This document shows, piece by piece, positions 1 to 11,902 of a stretch of DNA of 64,000 nt. Source of the DNA: Callorhinchus milii (taxonomy: Eukaryota). The stretch spans positions 65,660,001-65,724,000 of the forward strand of contig NW_024704743.1 in NCBI RefSeq assembly GCF_018977255.1, read 5' to 3'. Each line of letters opens with the position of its first letter. Positions within the stretch are counted from its first letter, which is position 1. The notes under the pieces are model-generated. The model made no database searches. It had not been told where the DNA came from and saw nothing but the letters and a program-made list of their open reading frames with translations. A program made the position numbers and the translations under genes.

Positions 1-21
1 AAACACCATTAATTTTATTTT

Positions 22-300
22 TATAACAATACCTTGAATTTATTTGGCGCCCTTCACGTGGGTGATGCCTCAGAGCATTTCACAGTGGCAGGTTTGGTTG
101 CCAAGCAAAGGGGAAGATGGAGGTGACCACAAGTGTGGTCAAAGTTTTAAAGTGGGATTTGAAGATGGTTAAAGAGGGATGAGGCAAGGAGTTCCATGGT
201 TAGGGATGTAGTGGTTCAAGGTTTGGCCCCCGATGGTGCAGAGGAGGGGTCAGTGATGCAGTGCAGGCCTGTGTCAGCTGAGCAAAGGGGGTGATAAAGG
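22..300 (-). mobile_element. L2 LINE 3' end fragment
   Basis: Reverse complement of the L2 tail (gcgcccttcacgtggg...cacagtggc...gtgaccaca..gtggtcaaag) seen in the other L2 copies. Confidence 0.65.
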
Positions 301-2878
301 AAGTCCTGCGTAAATGGAAATGGAAATTCCAAATCTGGAAACACTTAGTAGTTTACGCTTAAAGTTTGCTGCAGCATTTTGAATCTTCAGAGCTGCAATA
401 TAAAACAGCAATAAAGCCCTGTGCTGCTGTCCTATGTTGTCTGGAGATTTGTGAGGGAAGATCAAAGGCTGACTCTGGTGTATCAGACCAGACGTTTGTA
501 TACATGGATGAAATTATACCAGCATGAAACCAATAGCCAGAGGGCTAACTATTCATATACATAACAATCAGTTCACACTGCCAAGTGTACTCGAGTGAAG
601 CTCTTATCAGATTTGCTTTGTTTAGGACAGCATTGTAAATGGGATCTTCCAATCCAAACCTGAAACTGAGTTCATACAGTGAATTTCTGGCAAAGACACC
701 TTTCATACATATTTCAACTGTGAATCTTGAGTCCAGTTTAGAAATAGTATCTCAGATGCCTGGTACTTTTTAAAACTGTTCACTTAATTCCACCTCTGCT
801 GTTGCAAAGCAAAGCCCTAATGAGTACAGTGGTCCTAGTTGGACAAGAAGCGGGGAGGCTTGCCAATGTTCACAATGGCAAGCTTCATGGTTTTAAGCAG
901 TTAAAGTTCAGCAGTCATACGCACACACTCGCTGGGTGATGTTTGTATACATGACCATTGTCAACATGCGCCTATAGTAGATCCAACAGGGAGTTTACAA
1001 AGTTTACAGAGGATAGTGAGAATGTGGACTACACTGCTGGAAGCTGTGGCTTGAAACTAAATGTAATTAAGAGAACACTTGGTGCATAAATTAAGGGGAT
1101 GGAAATAGAGGGGTACAGGAGGTGGTGAGGGATTGTATGGAGTATAAAATTTGGGTTGAATGGCCTATTTCTGTTCTGTATCGCTCTACTTAATTCTAAA
1201 CTCTCTGGAATTAGGTAAATTGGGTGGGTACGTACACCATACTGGACAAATGGAACTTTTAATTTAGATTGAATACTCTTTAAGCATGGTGATGGATTGC
1301 TATGCTTGTCAGATCTGTTTGATTCTGGAGATCATGACTTTCCACATTATTTATAATACAACAAATATTTCAAAATGAAGTCCTTTTTCATTTCTCACCA
1401 AAATACTTACCAAATCCCCATAGATTGAAATGTTGCTGTAGGTTTTAGATAGCTTTGGCAATGTTTGGGATTTATTGTATCCTATAGATTTTTGTGTATA
1501 TTCTCAAAGGTGTGGACAATGCTCCTGCATTTCTTGTTTTGTAAAAAGGGAAAACCCTTTTATTGCAGCCTTCGATACCATACTAGTTAGAATATGGGTC
1601 TTCTGTGGAATTTTATGGAAATGCAGAGCACATGGCTTTTGATACTGACTAAATGTTCCCATTAAACGTTAAAGAATGTCGAACTACTGAACGTCAACTC
1701 TGAACGTCAACTCGAACTACTGAACGTCACTGCTGATGTGGGTTTAACATCCTTTGCAAATGTTGCCTATTTGATAAGAAAGTCATTTTCAGGGTATTGG
1801 CTGCAAAGGAAACCCCAAGGTGTTTAAAGAATCCATTTAAGCCATTTAATAAATTCTGAGAATTTTTCAGCATCGAAGGATGAATAATGCTCACCTACAA
1901 ATACAAAGTTACTGCACTTTACAGAAAATCTCTATGAGATGTTTTGATAAGGTACCATTTTGAATGCAAGGATTATTTTTTATATATATATATAATAACC
2001 CCAACCAGCAACATGCAGGTAGTGATACGAACCTCAACCTTACCACCCAGTAGTCCGCCATTACTCTCGCCTCACTTCTAACACAGGTAATTAGTCATTG
2101 GACCCAGCAATCACACTCACGAGGGTCCTCGGTATAAAAGATGTCATTCTGCGACTTCAGTCATCATATGAATGAATAGAAGCTGGTTAATTTAATTAAA
2201 AGTCTTCACCTGATTTTTTTGCAATGTATCTATAAACAGTACAGTGAGGATATGTGAAGCATCATGTCCCAGTTAGCTTTGATTATAAATTCAAGTAAAA
2301 AGCGCAGGATTTTTCATGATAAAAAGTCCCTCCTAAATCAGGACACGTATTAATCATCTTAGAATTTCAGAAAAGTATATTTTCCTCTCCAAACTTTAAA
2401 TCTCTGTTAGATTCAGGGGTGCCTTAAATTCAAGTAAATATGGTAACCATAGAACATATATATGGATCCTGACCATTTGATCCATCAAGCACTTAGTGGT
2501 TATCTCCTCATGAGCTTTTACTTTAACATTCTGATTTTTCAGACATCTATCCGATTCCCTTCTAAAAGAATTTATGAATCTGAATGTGTTGGCTCACAGT
2601 AAACCTTCAACATTTGTATCCCAGTGGCTTTTTTTTAAAGAAAAAAACTGAACACATGATTGAGATTATTCAGTGTTTCTGCATAATTATCATTCCGACA
2701 GTCAGAATGTTAGAAGTGGATGGTACTCTTAGAAAAGCACTTGAGAGGAAGTATCAGCCAAGTCTTTAAAATGCTGAAAGATACAGGTAATGGAGGGTGT
2801 GTATCACATTGACGTAGTGTTTGAAGACTTCATTTTATTAAGCTGTTTAAATGATGTATTTTTCTTCTCTCTCGACAG

Positions 2879-3564
2879 CCCACCTGCTTGGTTAGAAAAT
2901 ACTCAGAAAGGAGCTTTTTCTCCACAGTCATCTGTAACTGGGGTGAGCAGATCAACTGGCAGTTATTTGGGTTCCCCAGAGTTTTCAGTTCATTCTGGGA
3001 GTCCACTGCAGGATGTCTCTACCTTGTTACAATTTCCTTCTCCGGGGTCACAGGCTGTTTCCCCTGCCAGCCACATGGATACGTCCGAGATTCTTGTGAC
3101 AAACCTGCAGCAAGATAGCCCTGGGACCATCTCCATGCTGCACTCTTTGCCTGCAGAGTCCAATAACAAGCGTTATCTGAACTACAGCATCAGCAGTGGC
3201 CCTCAGTACGTTGGCAAACAAGCCACACTACCTGGTCTTTCTACAGGCACGATCAATTCACCTTCTACCATAAACTCCCAGATGGCCGGTTTCTTGGATA
3301 ATGCCAGCCTGCAGCAGGGATTGTTCACAACAGTCAGTGGGCAGGCACACAATGGTCAAATACAGCGGCACGGTGCTGTGAGTACCAGTGCACATCCTCC
3401 ACTGCCAGAGAAGAAGCGGATTTCTGAGGGAGATCATTCATTTGCTTCCACATCACCAGCTTCAAGTGGCTTTTCAAGCCCACACAGTGGGAGCACGATC
3501 AGCATCCCATTCCCAAGTGTTCTTCCTGACTTTTCTAAAGTCATGTGCACTTCTGTTGTACAAG
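2879..3564 (+). CDS. TNS3: Tensin-3 large internal exon (Ser/Pro-rich region before SH2); the gene begins upstream of the window
   Basis: Acceptor ttcttctctctcgacAG at 2877-2878 and donor G|GTGAGT at 3565. Encodes PPLPEKKRISEGDHSFASTSPASSGFSSPHSGSTISIPFPSVLPDFSK, matching my recollection of TNS3 PPLPEKKRASEGD...SSGFSSPHSGSTISIPFPNVLPDFSK. Confidence 0.93.
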
Positions 3565-4618
3565 GTGAGTTATTTTCTTTCCTTTCCCCCCTCTAATAGT
3601 CAGTTACTTCAACTTCTTGTCTGATCAATATAATTGTTGAGTAAGTTGCTATGGAAGATGGTTGAAGGTTATGTGCTTCCTGAAAGAGGAGGAATTGAAG
3701 GCTATGGTCAGAATGTAGATAAATGGGGTCGAGAAGCATCAGAAAGGGACTTAATGAACTTTTGCAGTCTTACAAAAACTTTTTTTAAACATTGAAAGAA
3801 AATTTTGTACAATGCATTATCTGAAATATTGGTGACTTGGGCTCATACACTGGAATACAGAAAAGTGAGTTAGGCTGAAGTGATAGATTAGCTAACATTA
3901 GTGATGCACTTTACTTGTTTTAGAGACAACAACAATAAATGACATTTGTTTAGCGCCTTTCACATCAGGAGGAGAGACTGTTTTATAGGTACAATCCATT
4001 GAGAAACAGAAGGTTTTCTACGGTGGCAGCCTTAGAGTTAAACTCTAATGCAGAATAAAGATTTGTTCTTTTACACAAACTGTAATTTTTATGGCCTAAA
4101 CCTGGCTTGGCTGGATCATTAAAATGGGAATATAATCTTAAATAGTTTCTGGTGATGGATTAATTCTCCTATTGCTGTGAGGTACAATGAAAACAGTTTT
4201 ACACAAACGCAAACTCCTCGATCTCTCTTCTCCACAACTCCTTCTCCTCCATCCTTGACTCCCTTGCCTCATCTTCCTCTTCAGCACTTGAAACAGATCG
4301 AAAATGCTTTCGCAGTGATTTTTTTGGCGATCAGCTGACTAAATCTAAAGCGCACCGAGACGCTGTTCAGAGTGAAGGCACTGTCTAAATGCAAGTACTT
4401 GTTGTAAATCCAAGGAGGTTCTGTTTGTTTTATAAGGGAGATCTGGATGTGATTGTTGGTGCAGTAATATTAAGTCTGTAATAGGCAGGAGACCACAATT
4501 TTTTCAAAATTATACTTGTATTTTTAAAGAGGTCTTCACTTTTTGTCTGCTCCTCTGGTTGGTTTGACCAGATGTGCACACTAAAGCTCTACTATGTCAC
4601 TAAAGAGTCCTGTAGCTT

Positions 4619-4938
4619 GTGGAGTCCTGTAGCTCAATGGTCAGAGCACTCGCTTTGCAAGTGAGAGACCTGAGTTCAATTCCAGGCAGGGCCAAACCTT
4701 GGGCAAGTTTCCTTACTCCACACACCTAATAATAATCCCTCCAAAACCCAAAACAATAATAAATTGGTCATTTTCAATCTACGACTGTTTGTGGACATTG
4801 CTGTGCGCAATTGGCTGCCGCGTTCGCCCACAAATATACAGTCAATTCACTTTACAGTGTGTTCTGTGAAGCGCTTTGGGACGTCCTCCCGACGTGAAAA
4901 GCGCTATATCAAATGCAAGGATTATTATTATTATTATT
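4619..4938 (+). mobile_element. Full-length young tRNA-derived SINE (tRNA-Ala-like head, partial Deu domain, L2-type stem-loop, (TTA)n tail)
   Basis: A box TAGCTCAATGG, anticodon loop TTTGCAA, B box GTTCAATTCC, Deu-like ctgtttgtggacattgctgtgcgcaattggctgccgcg, tail aaatgcaaggattattatt; similar copies elsewhere in the window. Confidence 0.9.
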
Positions 4939-5149
4939 AAAGCATTTATTCGTGATTTCAATGTTGATTTGATTTGCTGTTGAAGCAGTGTATTAAAACT
5001 CTGCTTGTACAAGATCAAGTGACAGGAATGGTAAACAGATGTATTGTTACTACCTGACTGATTGTTTTCAGGCTGTGATTTGTCCTTAGGCAAAGTCATC
5101 AGTTCGAGAGATTCCCAAATTATTTCTGCATCTTTTTATTGATTATTAC

Positions 5150-6980
5150 TACTTCATCTCTCTTTACACCTCCCTTCTCCCTACTCAACCCACTTCTATC
5201 ACCTACCACTCCTGGAAAAAAATCTCCCCCCATTCCCTCTCCACTGCCCTGGAATCACCCGAACTCCTGCCTTTCTGGCCCCACTCTCACAATGTACTCT
5301 CCTCGGTCTCTTCTCCACAACTCCCTCTCCTCCATCCTTGACTTCCTTGCCTCACCTCCCAAACTGCCTCATATTTCCGTAAACCCCCTATACACCAGCC
5401 ATCTACAATCCCTCAAGGCACAAGTGCTTGCCGCCGAACGCACATCGGCAGATCAGGCTTGACCACGCTTACTGCCAAGGCCCTCGCCTCCACTAAATCA
5501 TCCTTTTACTCCCAAGATAATCTTGAAGGCCAAGGACAATCCCAGGCTCCTCTTCCACCACCAACCGCTTCCTCCGACCACCTTCTTGCTCCTCACTCAT
5601 CCTCTCCTCCAATTTCAACTGCGAGGAGATGTTGGATTTCCTCGAATCCAAAATCGAGGGAATTCATTTGGCTATCTCTCCCTCTTCCACCGCTACCCCC
5701 TCGCCACCTCCCTGTCACACTCCGGCCCCCACCCATCCCTCCCTATACAACTTTGACCCTATCTCCCCCTCTTCCCTCACCTCCATCATTTCAAAAACGA
5801 AGCCCAGGGCTCCCTCTGCCTCCTCTCCTCCTGGACTTCTCTGCTGCCTTTGACACTGTCGACCATTCTATCCTCCTACACCGCCTTTCCTCTCAGCTCA
5901 ATCTTCGCCGACCTGCCCTTGGCTGGTTCGAATGCTACCTGTCCCACCATCCCCACTTTGTCCCCACTAATGGCTTCTCCTCCAACCCCCGCACCGTCAC
6001 GTGTGACATCCCTCAGGGCTCTGTCCTTGGCTCTCTCCTTTTCAATACCTATGTGCTCCCCCTTGATGGCATCATCCACAGACGTGGGGTCAACTTCCAC
6101 ATGTATGCAGATGACACCCAATTCTACCTCTCTGTCTCCACCCTCGATTACTGCTGTCCTCACAGACAGCCTGTCGGACATCAAGTCCTGGATGAGAGCT
6201 AACTTCCTGCAGTTGAATGTGAACAAGACCGAGGCACTCCTGCTTGGGCTCCCTTCAGTGCCTCCATACCTCGGGCACTGACAGCATCCCCTCCATGGAT
6301 GCACTCTGCATCTCACAGAGCCAGTATGGAACCTCAGCGTCCTGTGCAACTGTCCTTCATACCCCACATCCATGCCATGACCTGCACCGCCTTTCCCTAC
6401 CTCCACAACATCGCTTGGCTCCGTCACCGTCTCACAATGCAGGCCATCGAGACCCTCAAACATGCATTCATTACATCCAGGCTCAACTATGCAAACTCCC
6501 TGCTTGTTGGCCTCTCCAACTCCTCCCTCCATACACTGCAAATCACCCAGAACTCTACAGCCTGTGTCCTCTCCCACACAAGGCTCCGTGACCCTATCAT
6601 CCCCATCCTTGTCCAACTCCACTGACTTCCCATCACACAGAGGATACAGTTCAAGATCCTGATCCTCACTTTCATAGTCCCCTTTACCTTTGCAATATCC
6701 TAAAGCCCTATGGGCTTCGGCCTGCTTTATGTGCCGCGTCTCGCACGTCCCGCCATTGGCGGTTGGGCCTTCAGCCACTTTGCCCCACCCTCTGGAACTC
6801 CATCCCTCTGCCTCACCCCCTCCATTGTCTCCTTCAAAACCTGTCTCAAATCCCCTTGCCCTCCACCCTCCCCAATCCCAACCCCCAGCTTGAGTCTGAA
6901 ACACTATTTGTCCAGCCGTTTGGGACATCCTCCCGACCTGAAAGGCGCTATACAAATGTAATTTTGTTGTTTCTGTTATT
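5150..6980 (+). mobile_element. Degenerate L2-clade LINE (ORF2 RT remnant with internal deletion, plus 3' tail)
   Basis: LLDFSAAFDTVDHSILLHRL, PQGSVLGSLLF, YADDTQFY, WMRANFLQLNVNKTE and HAFITSRLNYANSLL across shifted frames; tail aaaggcgctatacaaatgtaattttgttg. Confidence 0.92.
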
Positions 6981-7296
6981 GCCAAAATAGGGTTAGGGCA
7001 GCAAAACAGCTCTAACCAACAACGAAGCCATTTGAAAAATGATGTCAAAGTTGAATGAGGTTGAAAAACTGTGATTTAAAATCTCTATAATTTTATAATT
7101 ACCAAAGGGTTTTGACGTGTAAATAAATGGCCCTGCGTGAAGGGCACTAGACAAGGGCAAGTTGCTGTTTTTGTTGAACACAAAAGCATTGATCTCTTCA
7201 GGTTTTAACCACACTACATCCATTTTGAAAGTGTAGCCTCCAGAGCAATAGTGTTGGACATTTTCCATGTATTTCATTTTTCTTTTCCACTTGCAG

Positions 7297-7389
7297 ATCC
7301 TGGCAGCAGCTCTGATAAGCATGTTACTGTAAAATTTGTACAAGACACATCAAAATTCTGGTATAAACCAGAGATATCGCGTGAACAAG
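7297..7389 (+). CDS. TNS3: Tensin-3 exon, start of SH2 ([31 protein letters not shown])
   Basis: ttttccacttgcAG acceptor and G|GTGAGG donor; tensin motif [13 protein letters not shown]; phase 1 matches the previous exon. Confidence 0.96.
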
Positions 7390-8586
7390 GTGAGGCAACA
7401 AGAGATTCAATTTCAACCATATCTCAATCCACACATCCACTTCCATGTTTTTTTCATAGGATACCTGGAATTATCCTTAGAAACCCCACCCCAATGACTT
7501 GACACAAGCACTGCTGTAAAACTGAGTCTGTTGTGAGACTGAAAAACCTCAGTGCTCCACAGACCAAAACATAAATGTAACATTTAATAGAATATAAACC
7601 CCTTTAGGAATCTGGAATGATCTGATTCCTACTTGCAGTGGCTCACAAAGCAGCTTCTGATCTTAGTTGCAATATTAAGAAGAGCTGAGTGGAGGGGGAG
7701 ACTCTGCCTTTCTCTTTCCTTCTCACTTCTCTCCTCCCTCCCTTCCATTATAACTGTAGACTACAGCAAAACTGCAGGTAGTTTTCAGACATTCCTCAAA
7801 CATCCCAACAACTGATTATCAGGGCAGCATTGCTTGAGATTTGGAAAAGATCCCTTTTTATCCTCTCAGCTGTCTTGATCAGATAAACTGAATACGTTTG
7901 TGAATCTATTTGCATTAGTCTCTACTACTGTGAAAATTAGGTTGAATTCAGGTTAGCTTTTGGAGTCACACTGCACATTCAAATTTAATATAAATGTTTG
8001 TATAATTGATTGACAAGCTTAAAATATTGTGCATTGTGTTTCTAAGCTACAGATATTCCCAAATTTGGAATAGAAATGAGTTTTGTTTGAAAGATGATTC
8101 AGTTGCAACTGAAAAACTATCTAGGATGAATCCAGAGATTTACCAGACATGGTAAACCATAAATCAAGGGGGCTGTAAAACATTGTTGCTATTTATTGAA
8201 CATTTAAAAAAAAACTAATGGACATTCAAAAAGTTGCATTATTTTATCAGAGATGTGTAAGAGGCACTTCAATTCAAACATTTGCTCAACTTTCGTCTCC
8301 TTGTGCTCAAAGCTATAGTCTGATAACAGAGCTGGTCGAGTTCAGCTTAAAATAAATGGCCACAAACTTGTTGCATCTTGTATTAATTACTGAATCTCTT
8401 TAGTCTGTTTGAAACAGTGCCTTAGTTAGATCCTGTGAGCCGAGATACAATCTCAGTTTGATTTATTAGAAATAAATGTCATTGAAATCCTGAGGTACAA
8501 AGGAACAAATCCCTTGACAAGCTGTAAGTTTTACTGATCTAGTTATTAATGATATGACCTAACAGATGCTCATTTCTACCCTGCAG

Positions 8587-8718
8587 CTATTGCGTTACTG
8601 AAAGATAAAGAGCCTGGTTCTTTCATTGTGCGGGATAGCCACTCATTCCGGGGAGCCTATGGATTGGCAATGAAAGTTGCTACACCCCCTGCTTCTGTGC
8701 TTCAGCAAAACAAAAAAG
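8587..8718 (+). CDS. TNS3: Tensin-3 SH2 exon ([44 protein letters not shown])
   Basis: ctgcAG acceptor and G|GTATTG donor; SH2 FIVRDS signature; translated by hand (not in the ORF track). Confidence 0.96.
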
Positions 8719-8927
8719 GTATTGTCGTTCTTCAGTTACAAGTTGTAAAATGACCTCCAGCAATAATGTTCCAAAACTGTCTCCCTGTTTTCTTTGTACG
8801 CAATCAGATAAATTCTGTAAATAGTGTGTGGGTATGTGTAGGTGCGTATATATATATATAAAAATGATATTTGTGCTGAGAAAATTCCTAATTTAGACTC
8901 ATTTTGTATTCCTTCATTTGACCGCAG

Positions 8928-9023
8928 TGGGAGACTTGTCGAATGAGCTGGTCAGACATTTCCTCATTGAATGTACCCAGAAAGGAGTCCGGTTAAAGGG
9001 TTGCCCAAATGAACCTTATTTTG
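8928..9023 (+). CDS. TNS3: Tensin-3 SH2 exon ([32 protein letters not shown])
   Basis: gaccgcAG acceptor and G|GTACGC donor; tensin ELVRHFLIE...GV.LKGC.NEPYFG motif. Confidence 0.96.
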
Positions 9024-9155
9024 GTACGCTTTTCTTTTCACTATCAATCTCACAAGTCAACTGAGTGTGTTCAGTAAATGTTTTCCAGACGTTTCAATCT
9101 TACAGCTGTATTTGTTTCCCAAGTGAGTAACGGTTCATCGTGTCTTTCTATTCAG

Positions 9156-9233
9156 GGAGTCTGACTGCGCTGGTGTACCAGCATTCCATCACCCCACTGG
9201 CATTGCCTTGCAAGCTGCTCATCCCTGACAGAG
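9156..9233 (+). CDS. TNS3: Tensin-3 SH2 C-terminal exon ([26 protein letters not shown])
   Basis: tctattcAG acceptor and G|GTAAAT donor; conserved tensin [13 protein letters not shown] motif. Confidence 0.96.
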
Positions 9234-9359
9234 GTAAATGCATTCAATTGCCACAAGAACAGTCCGTAAAAATGGCTACTGATTTCTGAAGTTTCTAGTC
9301 TCAAAGTAGATCTCCTTTGCTCCCCCCAAACCCCAAACCCCAAAACCTGTGTGATGTAT

Positions 9360-9475
9360 TTTTTCACCCATAAAATATACAGTCAATTCACTTTACAGTA
9401 TATTCTGTGAAGCGCTTTGAAACGCCTCGAAGACATGATAAGGCGTTATATCAGATGCCAGGATTATTATTATTA
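9360..9475 (+). mobile_element. 5'-truncated SINE (3' part only)
   Basis: aaatatacagtcaattcactttacag...gattattattatt matches 4830-4938. Confidence 0.8.
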
Positions 9476-10524
9476 AGAAAATTAAAATTCTTTATTTCCT
9501 TTTAAAAAGAGCACTTCCAGTGAACACTCCCAGACAGAACTATAAGCATTTAGAAAGATATTGCCTCTCTGAATTCGACTTTGAGAGTGAAATAATCTTA
9601 TTTTTTTAAAAAAATAGACTTTGATACATCTTTGATACATCTCTGTTTGATATTTCCTCTGGTCAGTAGACTTCCTGACTTGTCAGTGTGTGATCTGGCT
9701 TCCCTGTTATAACCTGGCCCTCAAGGAGAGGTACATTTACCAATCAACGAATACATTTGTCTCATTCAGCAACAATCAGAGAATCAGATCCTTTATTTCT
9801 ATCTTTCGTGAAATGTCTTTAAGCTCTGCAGCAGCATCTGCAGCAGCCTGCCGTGCCGCAGTTTGCTGATTTAGGATGCTTATCTTTAGTGCTGCTTCAC
9901 AGCATGCATTCAGATCATTGAACCTGTTCCTTTATTTAGGGCACTGGTCAAGAATGTAAAATGATCTGACTTGTTACAGCTTAATAAACTGTACAACATG
10001 TCCCAGTCAAAGGCGAGTTTGCTGCCTCCTCCATTATACCTTATTTTAGTTCTCCAAATGTCCAGAAGCTGCCCTGTTTTTCCTCAGCACATAATCAACA
10101 TAATGCAGGGTTTTGTTTCCCCCCAATAGGTTTTAATGGACATTTTTTTAAAAACAAAATTGTGTTTTTCACCTCCTGTTTAATCAAGTTTAAAATGCAA
10201 CCCAAACACAGAATAAGTTTATAGTAGTGTTCTGGTTATATTTTTGTTGCAGAACATAGTTTTTAAGTCAGTACAATATTTTCTCCTCATTCCTATTTGC
10301 TTATGAACCTTACTCTATGAGCCATGTCTGACTATGAGAACAAACAGAGACCTGCTCTGTAGCCAGGCATAGGTAGGTGGACCAGAGTGTCCTGCGACCT
10401 AATTCTCGCACAGTCAGCATGGCTCTGTGCTCCGAGACACTACCCCACGTGTAGGACGCTCTATTGTTGTGGAGGTCCTTTTTTTTACTTTTACTTTCAA
10501 GAGGTTTTTTTTCCCCAATTACAG

Positions 10525-10602
10525 ATCCTTTGGAGGATGGGATGGACACCTCCTCGCACACTGCCACCAACTCAGCTGTGGAGCTGTTAAAGCAGGGAGC
10601 AG
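10525..10602 (+). CDS. TNS3: Tensin-3 SH2-PTB linker exon (DPLEDGMDTSSHTATNSAVELLKQGA)
   Basis: ccccaattacAG acceptor and G|GTAAGA donor; NSA.ELLKQGA motif. Confidence 0.95.
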
Positions 10603-10764
10603 GTAAGAGTTCTGTGGTACTAGGATGTTACTATGTGTAAAAGACACAATAGAAATGTAAGTTGCGTTGTCTTTAATGTCGATATAGGGACGGACATATG
10701 TTTTACATATTTTGGAGCCCCAAAATAGCTATTTTTAACATAAATTTAGTGTGTCCAATTAATT

Positions 10765-10975
10765 TCCAATTTTCTCCTCTTGGCTCATATGCCGCTGCAG
10801 CTGGTTGGCTTCTTCCCGCTCCCACTTGATCACCTGCGGGGTACCCCAGAGCTCCATCCTTGGCCCTCTTCTTCTCATCTATATGCTCCCTCTGCACGAT
10901 GTCATCCACAGACACGGGGTAAACTTCCACATGTGTGCGGATGACACACAAATCTACTTTGCCTCCTCCAGTACC
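10765..10975 (+). mobile_element. L2 RT fragment
   Basis: TCGVPQSSILGPLLLIYMLPLHDVIHRHGVNFHMCADDTQIY. Confidence 0.85.
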
Positions 10976-11902
10976 TATAGTCCAGTACCAGACAATAGTC
11001 TTAAGCCTAAGAACATGGCTGTTTGTGGGGCAATGTTGTGCAAAGAATGGTTGTCATGTTCAACTGCAATGTGGACAAGTTATAGTAAATCCTGTGAAAC
11101 ACTTTGAGCTTTATCCCTGGTATGAAAGGTGCTGTATCTAGTGCAAGAATTAGTATTAATAAATGCAAGAAATATAAAATTTCAGGTATGTTATTGAGTA
11201 GATTTGAATTTAAATGAACATCGGGGTTGTTATTCTGGCATTAAAAAGGTTCTGCATGAGTGCAGTATTGTCAGCGTGGGGCACAAGTGTGGAACAGAAG
11301 CTAGAAAAGAAGAGGCATTTTTGAGCTTCATGGCTGTGGCAAAGCAAGGAACAATGCTCCAATGTCAGCACCACAACTTGGCGGGTATCCGGTTCCTAAA
11401 CGTTAATTCTTTGGCCGCAGAGAGCAGGTTTGGGGCTTTCCTCAGCTGGGCAGCAGCCATTTAACAAACATAACCTAAAGCCTGATATGGGACATAAATG
11501 TAATACTGAAAATGCTCACCTTGAGGTAATTAAATGGCACTTGGACCTCAAAAAGAACCAACCACTTAACTATGAGAAGTAGTGCTGCCACCTCCTGGTT
11601 TAACACCTGCATAACCCTAAATCAGTGCAAACTGGGTAAAACCACCGTAATCTCTAACCTTTCATTTTTTCCTGAAAAGAAAATTACTACAAAATATACA
11701 GTCACTCCACTTTACAGTAAATCCTTTGAAACATTTTAAAAGGTCCTCCTGACATGAAAGGTGCAACATCAAATGTCACAATAACAACAAAATTACATTT
11801 GTATAGCGCCTTACACGTCGAGGACGTCCCAAGGCACTGAAGTGTAAGGATTATTATCATTACTTACAAACGGCCTGCATTTGTCTTATCTCTCTCTTGC
11901 AG

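Noticed and set aside
1679..1729. CRISPR-like repeat-spacer pattern
   Set aside because: Units are 9-20 nt with no unique spacers, the context is a eukaryotic intron, and there are no cas genes.
2020..2087. Possible extra TNS3 exon (cag|gtagtg...acag|gtaatt)
   Set aside because: No polypyrimidine tract and no recognisable tensin similarity.
2790..2878. N-terminal extension MEGVYHIDVV... of the 268-aa ORF as a start exon
   Set aside because: It lies upstream of a strong polypyrimidine/AG acceptor; this is intronic read-through of an internal TNS3 exon.
5876..7048. 390-aa minus-strand ORF, the longest in the track
   Set aside because: It is the antisense shadow of the L2 RT remnant on the + strand and has no independent protein features.
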